The position numbers were made by a program, and so were the translations under genes. 64,000 bases of DNA from Planctomycetota bacterium (GTDB taxonomy: Bacteria; Planctomycetota; UBA1135; GCA-002748355): assembly GCA_011321845.1 (NCBI GenBank), contig DROQ01000096.1, positions 19,510 through 83,509 on the forward strand. The letters are read 5' to 3'. This document shows positions 58,240 to 64,000 of the stretch, one piece after another. Position 1 is the first letter of the stretch. Each line of letters begins with the position of its first letter. The notes under the pieces are model-generated. The model was not told the DNA's origin, did not search any database, and saw only the letters and a list, made by a program, of their open reading frames with translations.

Positions 58240-59174
58240 TTCAAATCCTTCAGATCGGGGATTTTAAAGGTCTTGGATTTGACTCCGGAGCGCCAGGAGA
58301 GGTAGTCCAACGCGGATTTGGCCGCCTTGGCCCAAGGCCCTGGGAGGTCTTTGCCATCCTCATCCTGCTCCGTGTCCACTTTAGCCACGATTTGAAGAAC
58401 CTTTCGGGCCTCGTCCAGCCGCCCCAGGCTCTCAAGAATTCTGGCCCGAAGATAGTGCAAGCGGAGGGATCTCCGCTCTTTCTTCAGCGCCTTATCGACA
58501 AGGACCAGGGCGCTTCGGGGAAATCCCGCCTCCAGAAGCACCCGCAATCTCTTCTCCAATTTCTTCGTCGGTTCGATGGTCGCAATCAAGGGCCTTCCGG
58601 CAAGAAGAGGATCCATCGCCATGGGCAAGGGAAGAAATGGAACCATTTGTTTTTTCACCTCTACGGGCAACCGAACCAGGTCCAACGAATGATCCACAGC
58701 GCCACTGACTGGATCCCGTAGCTCATTCGGCCCATGTTTCTTCGGGCTGGCCAAGGAATGCTCCGGTCTACCACCCGTTTTCCCTTTCTTCCTGCCACCA
58801 CTCGAACCTTTTTTCGGAGCAATCCCCGAGGGCGCAGCATAGGGAGTTGTCTCCCGCATAAAGACGCCCCTCTTTAGGGCGAGAAGTCTCTGTTGCAATT
58901 TCGTGGTATGCGAAGCCTCCTTATCCATCATGGATTGAAACTCCTCCCGGGAAATCCCTTCGAGAGGCCTGGAAAAAACCAGGAACTCCTCCTCGGAGAT
59001 AGGGAGAAGGAGGTTGCGCCGTACCCGCAACCGAATCAACCGATCCATTGCATCCCTTTTCTTCGCCAATTCCTCTTTGAGGCTCTCCAGGGTACTTTTC
59101 GTATCCTTTTGAGCCTTTTCGCCCGCCCCCTGGAGGACGATCCCAAAAAGCAATAGGAATGGAAGCATCGTCAT
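58233..59174 (-). CDS. Secreted coiled-coil/TPR protein
   Basis: Signal peptide; C-terminal TPR-like YLRARILESLGRLDEA. Confidence 0.65.
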   Translation of the reverse strand: MTMLPFLLLFGIVLQGAGEKAQKDTKSTLESLKEELAKKRDAMDRLIRLRVRRNLLLPISEEEFLVFSRPLEGISREEFQSMMDKEASHTTKLQQRLLALKRGVFMRETTPYAAPSGIAPKKGSSGGRKKGKTGGRPEHSLASPKKHGPNELRDPVSGAVDHSLDLVRLPVEVKKQMVPFLPLPMAMDPLLAGRPLIATIEPTKKLEKRLRVLLEAGFPRSALVLVDKALKKERRSLRLHYLRARILESLGRLDEARKVLQIVAKVDTEQDEDGKDLPGPWAKAAKSALDYLSWRSGVKSKTFKIPDLKDLKW

Positions 59175-60841
59175 TGGACCCTCCCACTGAAAGCTGCCGC
59201 CGCTTCCCTTTTGCGCCCTAAGGCTAAATAAGCATCGCCCGCGATATCAGAGAACTGCGCCTGGATGTCTTTGTCCCTGGTAAGGGGCGCAAAGCGACGG
59301 ACGAGGGCTACAACCCGGGCATAATTTTTCTGGAGAGCTTCGGCGCGAACATATAGGGATCGAGCTCTGTCTCCTATCTTGGATTTCTTTCCCAACAATG
59401 GCGTCACAAGGGCTTTTACCTTTTCAGCCTGCCGGTTGTTCAACAGTTCTTCACCCAAAAAGAGAGTTAACTCGGGAACCTTGTTTGCCCCGACTTTCTG
59501 GATCTGGGCCAGAAGCCTCCTGAAGGCATCATCCCTTTTCCCAAGAGACAGCAGGAGACGAGCCTCGAAGACTTCGGCGGCAAATTTCTCAGATGGCAGG
59601 AGATCCTTAGCTGCGGCGGCATTCCTCACGGCAAACAGGGCTTGGAGTGGATCTTCCATCACATATTCCGCCTTCGCCATTGCGAGCCAGGCCGCGGGAA
59701 CACGCGAATCTGAAGGAGCCTTCCTGACAAACTGCCAGAGCTTGACTTCACCACGCTCCACATCCTCGGAGCTTCCCGCCTCGATATCCGAATACCCCGA
59801 AAGGAATTGAAAGGAGAGCCAAAGCTCATTTCGAAGAAAGATGGGATCGATAAGCTGCTCGAGTTGGATCATTTTGGAACGTACCTGGTCAGGCCTTCCT
59901 CTGAGACGATGCCCCTCGGCAACCCAAATCAAAAGCTCGGGGTACGTTTTCCTATCCTGGAATCCATCCAAGAACAGCTCGAGGCGATGTACCATCTCGT
60001 CCAATCGGAGGATGGCATCACTCTTCCGATGGCTTTTGAAAAGCTGCCTCGCCTTCTGCACATAGGCCTTGGCCATCAGAACAGCGGCCTTCGCTCCAAT
60101 CTCGAGATCCTTCCAGGTTGACATGACCTGTCGGCTCCGGTCGATGCAAGCCTGGTACTGTCCCAGCTCGAAATAGCAAAGGGCTTCCTTGTAGAGGGCC
60201 TGTGGGACGAAGGGGTGATCGGGAGACAATTTCGCGAATTCCTTGAATTCCTTGGCTGCGGGAAGGAATTGTTTGGATTCCATGAGCAACAAGGCCATGT
60301 CGATGTGAACCCTTGCTTCGGCACTGGAGGTTTCTTTATTGATCCGGAGCTTGGAAGTCATGAGATTCCGGTACCAACGCAGGCTCCAATGCCTGAGACG
60401 CCTTCTCCCCGCCTCCGTGGCTGGGGAGGGAGGGCTGACCACCGTTGCGACTAAGGGTCCGAGTCCTTTCGTCCCCATGGGTGGAGAGAGCCTCTCTGTA
60501 ACAAGATCCAAACCGGCGGCGACAGAGATCAACTCGGCGACGGATACGGCCTCCTGCGTATCGAAGCTCAAGGTCACAGATTCTTTTTCGAGGATGGTCC
60601 TCAGCTCTCCCAGCTCCAGGTTGAGCCGAAAAGCCCCAAGGATCTCCAACTCCCGGAGAGCGCTCCAGGCGGTTACACCGGAGCGGTTGGCGCTCACGAA
60701 CAGGCGTGTCCCCACCTTTTTCTCGAACTTGAAGATCCTGTCGGGATCCATCGACTTTTGCTCCAGGCCCAGGGGCTTGGAGCTTCCCCCTCCTCCCTGA
60801 AGGGAAAAGAGTAGAGGCAAGAAAAGAACCATTGCTTTCAT
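59171..60841 (-). CDS. Secreted TPR protein with STN-like N-terminal domain
   Basis: Signal peptide; VTLSF..VAELISVAAGL; BamD/CpoB-like PDHPFVPQALYKEALCY; many TPR helices. Confidence 0.7.
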   Translation of the reverse strand: MKAMVLFLPLLFSLQGGGGSSKPLGLEQKSMDPDRIFKFEKKVGTRLFVSANRSGVTAWSALRELEILGAFRLNLELGELRTILEKESVTLSFDTQEAVSVAELISVAAGLDLVTERLSPPMGTKGLGPLVATVVSPPSPATEAGRRRLRHWSLRWYRNLMTSKLRINKETSSAEARVHIDMALLLMESKQFLPAAKEFKEFAKLSPDHPFVPQALYKEALCYFELGQYQACIDRSRQVMSTWKDLEIGAKAAVLMAKAYVQKARQLFKSHRKSDAILRLDEMVHRLELFLDGFQDRKTYPELLIWVAEGHRLRGRPDQVRSKMIQLEQLIDPIFLRNELWLSFQFLSGYSDIEAGSSEDVERGEVKLWQFVRKAPSDSRVPAAWLAMAKAEYVMEDPLQALFAVRNAAAAKDLLPSEKFAAEVFEARLLLSLGKRDDAFRRLLAQIQKVGANKVPELTLFLGEELLNNRQAEKVKALVTPLLGKKSKIGDRARSLYVRAEALQKNYARVVALVRRFAPLTRDKDIQAQFSDIAGDAYLALGRKREAAAAFSGRVQ

Positions 60842-61728
60842 TTCTTCCCTCCAACGGATCCTTCCCTGGCTTCGCTTTTCGGACTGGATGGGGCGTTTTC
60901 GGGGATTTCCCGGGCTTCGTTCCTGTAACCATCCGCCAAGCGGAGATAAGCCAAGGGGATCTTCTCTTTGAGGCTCTTGGACATCTGGCTCTGCTGTAAC
61001 AAGAACCGGGCAAGGTACCGCCGAGACTCTTCGTAATCCCGGACCGCATAGGCCTCTTCCGCCAAACGCCAAAGATCCGCGGGACCCAGAGCTTTTAATG
61101 TCCCCTTTTGAGCCAGGGCGAGGTACCGCCTCATTTCATCAAATCTCCCCGCCAGGCCGCAAAAGTGGGAGAGCTGGAGTTGGACCGTGCGGCGGACGGC
61201 TTCCTCCATGTTGGGCTCTTCCTTGAGAAGCCTCTGCAGATAGAGGATGGCTTGCGAGAGATTTCCCTTTTCCGATTCTTTCCAGGCCGCCTCCCAATAC
61301 CTTGACCTTGGAATCGGGGGTTTCTTTTGCTCGGGGAGGACACCACCCTTCATGGCCTCGATACGTTTCCTGATCGCTGGAGGTAAAACCCCCGGCCTGT
61401 CCGCCCCCTCCTTCTTGGGATACTCCACCTTGGGAGGAGTTTTCTTCGGTTCCGGACCAAGACCGGGAATCGGAACAAGCCCCAAGACCGTCATCATGAG
61501 GAGATTGGCCAAAAGAACCATTGCAATCGCCCAATCCACCTTCGAGAAGCTCGCCAAGCGGGAAGGACCTTTGCGGCCTTTTTTACCTCCTTTTTTCTTC
61601 TTGCCCTTTGTCTCCCTGGACTCTTCGATGGCGGCATCCTTGAGAGCTTCACCCAGGTCTTCGTTGCCAGGATCCAGGTTGATCCCATCTACATGGATTT
61701 CGGGAGAGTCGGAAGGCTTTTCGGTCAT
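60838..61728 (-). CDS. Single-TM protein with TPR C-terminus
   Basis: TM WAIAMVLLANLLMMTVLGL, Pro-rich linker, TPR helices ending AYLRLADGY. Confidence 0.65.
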   Translation of the reverse strand: MTEKPSDSPEIHVDGINLDPGNEDLGEALKDAAIEESRETKGKKKKGGKKGRKGPSRLASFSKVDWAIAMVLLANLLMMTVLGLVPIPGLGPEPKKTPPKVEYPKKEGADRPGVLPPAIRKRIEAMKGGVLPEQKKPPIPRSRYWEAAWKESEKGNLSQAILYLQRLLKEEPNMEEAVRRTVQLQLSHFCGLAGRFDEMRRYLALAQKGTLKALGPADLWRLAEEAYAVRDYEESRRYLARFLLQQSQMSKSLKEKIPLAYLRLADGYRNEAREIPENAPSSPKSEAREGSVGGKK

Positions 61729-62660
61729 TGCTCCATCTCCCCAAGGCCTTCGGTGTTTGTCCAGAGCAAACGGCTCAGGGTGGATTTCTCATGGCTTCCG
61801 ATTGCCATCCGCTCCCTTCGCAACACTTCCAAACCGAATCGCAGCCAACTCGGTTTACGGGGAAGCCATTCTTCACTCTTCTGTTCATAGGATCGGAAAA
61901 TGCCTTCCCAGGTATGGAATTTCTGGGGGAGAAACGGCTTTTCCTCGGATTCGACAAAGGCAAAAGCCGCCTTCCGGAAGACCCGTAGCTGAACTCCCGT
62001 GAGAACCCCTCTTTGATCACGGACCAGCCATAGATCCGAGCCTGGAAATGGGTCTTCTACAGCCGCCCTTGGGAGACTCTCTTTTTCGGAATGGAGTTCC
62101 AACTCCATTGCAACGACTTCATCGCTGACCTCGATCCTCCCAAGAGCTCCATGGAGAAGCGAAGGAAAAAGGGCACAAAGGCAATGGTCCCTTTCGCTCG
62201 GTGAAAGATCATGCTCCTTCAAGCGGTCCTCGGCATTCTGAAAGGGATCTTCAGACCCTTGGCTCATTCCGGAACTCTTCGTGTTTCCATGCTGGTTCTC
62301 CGAGGAATTCAGCAGGCCTTCCTTTTCCCGGATCCATGCCAGCAATTTCCCCGGAGCGATCGGTTTGGGGAGAAAGAAGACCCGGTCCGAATCCTCAAGC
62401 GATCCCAAGGGAGGAGCCTCCCTGGCGCTAAGGAGCAGACTCAAGCCACTCTCCGATTGATGGAACTGGCGGCACAGATCCAATCCCTGGCCTCCAGGGA
62501 GGTTCTGGTCCGTAATCAGAAGAGACCAGCCTCCTTCCTCCAGCATTGCCGAAGCCGGCGCAAAATCATGTGCTTCCTGGACATCCAAACCATGGAGCCG
62601 AAGGAAGGCGGAGAGGGCACCTGCGATTCCAGGCTCATCATCAACGAGCAAGATTCGCAT
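61725..62660 (-). CDS. Response regulator with atypical C-terminal output
   Basis: MRILLVDDE..ITDQNLPG..LSA..PKP. Confidence 0.8.
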   Translation of the reverse strand: MRILLVDDEPGIAGALSAFLRLHGLDVQEAHDFAPASAMLEEGGWSLLITDQNLPGGQGLDLCRQFHQSESGLSLLLSAREAPPLGSLEDSDRVFFLPKPIAPGKLLAWIREKEGLLNSSENQHGNTKSSGMSQGSEDPFQNAEDRLKEHDLSPSERDHCLCALFPSLLHGALGRIEVSDEVVAMELELHSEKESLPRAAVEDPFPGSDLWLVRDQRGVLTGVQLRVFRKAAFAFVESEEKPFLPQKFHTWEGIFRSYEQKSEEWLPRKPSWLRFGLEVLRRERMAIGSHEKSTLSRLLWTNTEGLGEMEQ

Positions 62661-62661
62661 C

Positions 62662-63312
62662 TCAATTCTCCTGGGACTTTGGGACCCGAATCTGAAAACA
62701 GGCCCCCCCCAAGGAGCTAGGGGCGGGAACGACCGTTCCACCATGGGCCTCGACCACCTTTTTCACAAAAGGAAGCCCAAGACCTGAACTGTTCGTCCCG
62801 GTAATGAAGGGTTCGAACATCCGCTCCATCAAATCTTCCGGGAGACCCGGGCCCCCATCTTCGACTTGGAGAAGAAATTCCTCTTCCCCGCCTTCGAAAC
62901 GCAGTCGCAGCGTCCCTTCCCCCTGCATCGCACGCGCAGCATTTTCGCAGAGGTTGGCGACGGCCCTTTGGAACAGCGGCTCGTCCACTGGAACCTGCGA
63001 CTCCCCCACAACCTCCACTTCCACCTCGAGGCCCGGATGGGAGGCCTGGGTTCTCTGCGCGAGGCTTCGAACAAGCCCAGGTAAATCATAAAACTTCGCA
63101 GTAACCTTTCCGGCGGTGGCAAAGTCCAGACAGGATTTCAGGAGATCTCGTATCCGGACCATCTCCTTTTCCGCCTGCTGGAGAAAGGGAGTTCGAGGAT
63201 CCCCCTCGTCGGAAAGCTCGCGGACAACAGCAAGATTGGTGGTCGCCGAGGCAAGCGGGTTTCGAAGCTCATGGGCGATCATGCCCGCAAAATGTTCGAG
63301 TGTGCCGTTCAT
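62662..63312 (-). CDS. Minimal histidine kinase (HisKA + HATPase only)
   Basis: AHELRNPL about 11 aa after the ATG; NLCENA, DGGPG, SGLGL; GAGG before ATG 63312. Confidence 0.85.
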   Translation of the reverse strand: MNGTLEHFAGMIAHELRNPLASATTNLAVVRELSDEGDPRTPFLQQAEKEMVRIRDLLKSCLDFATAGKVTAKFYDLPGLVRSLAQRTQASHPGLEVEVEVVGESQVPVDEPLFQRAVANLCENAARAMQGEGTLRLRFEGGEEEFLLQVEDGGPGLPEDLMERMFEPFITGTNSSGLGLPFVKKVVEAHGGTVVPAPSSLGGACFQIRVPKSQEN

Positions 63313-63322
63313 CGGAACCTCT

Positions 63323-64000
63323 CTAAACCCCCAAAGGGTTTCGCATCGGGCGTTTTCCCAATTTGTGAAGTTTGATTTTGTTGTAGAGAGTTGTCCGGTT
63401 GATTCCCAACTTGTCGGCGGCTCTCGAAATGTTCCAACCCATCTCATCCAAAACCCGCTCAATGAGGATACGCTCCATCGATTTGAGGGAACGATCATCG
63501 CGCGGAAGCTCCAAAGCCTCGGTTGGAATCACATCGCCCCCACCGGGAAGCCCCCCATGCCAGTGCGGGAGATGCTCATCTCCGATCAATCCAAAGGGGC
63601 AAAGGATTGCTGCATGCTCGACCGCGTTTTTGAGTTCACGAACATTCCCCGGCCAGGTGTACTCCACGAGGTCTTCCATTGCATCCTCGGTAAACCCTGT
63701 CAGGGCCTTGCCCATCTGCTTCCCGAAAAAGTCCAAGAAATAGTGCGCGAGAAGGGGAATGTCCTCCGGGCGCTCCCTCAAGGGTGGCGTCCGAATGGAG
63801 ATCACGTGAAGCCTGTAATAGAGATCCTCACGGAACTTCCCTTCCTGGACCAATTGGGCAAGATTCCGGTTTGTGGCCGCAATGATCCGGACTCTCGACG
63901 GGTGATCTTTGACCCCACCCACCTTCCTATAGGACTTTTCCTGCAACACTCGGAGCAGCTTGGCTTGGAGATTCATCGGTAGTTCACCGATCTCATCCAG
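63323..64000 (-). CDS. Sigma54-dependent Fis-family activator, C-terminal part (truncated by window edge)
   Basis: LQAKLLRVLQE, AATNR, FREDLYYRL, WPGNVRE, HTH LGINRTTLY. Confidence 0.92.
   Translation of the reverse strand: MDEIGELPMNLQAKLLRVLQEKSYRKVGGVKDHPSRVRIIAATNRNLAQLVQEGKFREDLYYRLHVISIRTPPLRERPEDIPLLAHYFLDFFGKQMGKALTGFTEDAMEDLVEYTWPGNVRELKNAVEHAAILCPFGLIGDEHLPHWHGGLPGGGDVIPTEALELPRDDRSLKSMERILIERVLDEMGWNISRAADKLGINRTTLYNKIKLHKLGKRPMRNPLGV

Overview
Gene-dense, GC-rich chromosomal window from a diderm (Gram-negative) bacterium, most likely an uncultured Planctomycetota. This is an inference from the ECF sigma/Ser-Thr kinase pair, the ELWxxDGT protein, the HTH-PTS IIA fusion and the secreted-protein tail domain. 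About 55 CDS; no rRNA, tRNA, CRISPR array or transposase was recognised. Left third: housekeeping and envelope genes (MBL hydrolase, ELWxxDGT repeat protein, hemB, CDF transporter, RluA-family synthase, HD-GYP regulator, FGE-domain protein, kinase/ECF pair, RmlD-like, DprE1-like, kdsA, lipid kinase, DprE2-like). Middle: a Rieske/cytochrome b-c operon bracketed by two cytochrome P460-family paralogues, a PsrA-like TetR-controlled RND pump, GH113, AddBA and HTH-PTS IIA. Right 20 kb: a minus-strand flagellar basal-body/motor cluster (flgBC-fliEFGHIJ-MotE-like-motA-motB-motB'-fliLMN) preceded by a FleS/FleR-like pair, three TPR proteins and a further signalling module. Best candidates for undescribed systems: the P460-bracketed quinol:cytochrome c oxidoreductase, the TPR triplet plus dual-MotB motor, the DprE1/E2-kdsA cluster, and a structured non-coding region at 18.18-18.69 kb. 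All calls are from motif recognition only; no database searches were run.
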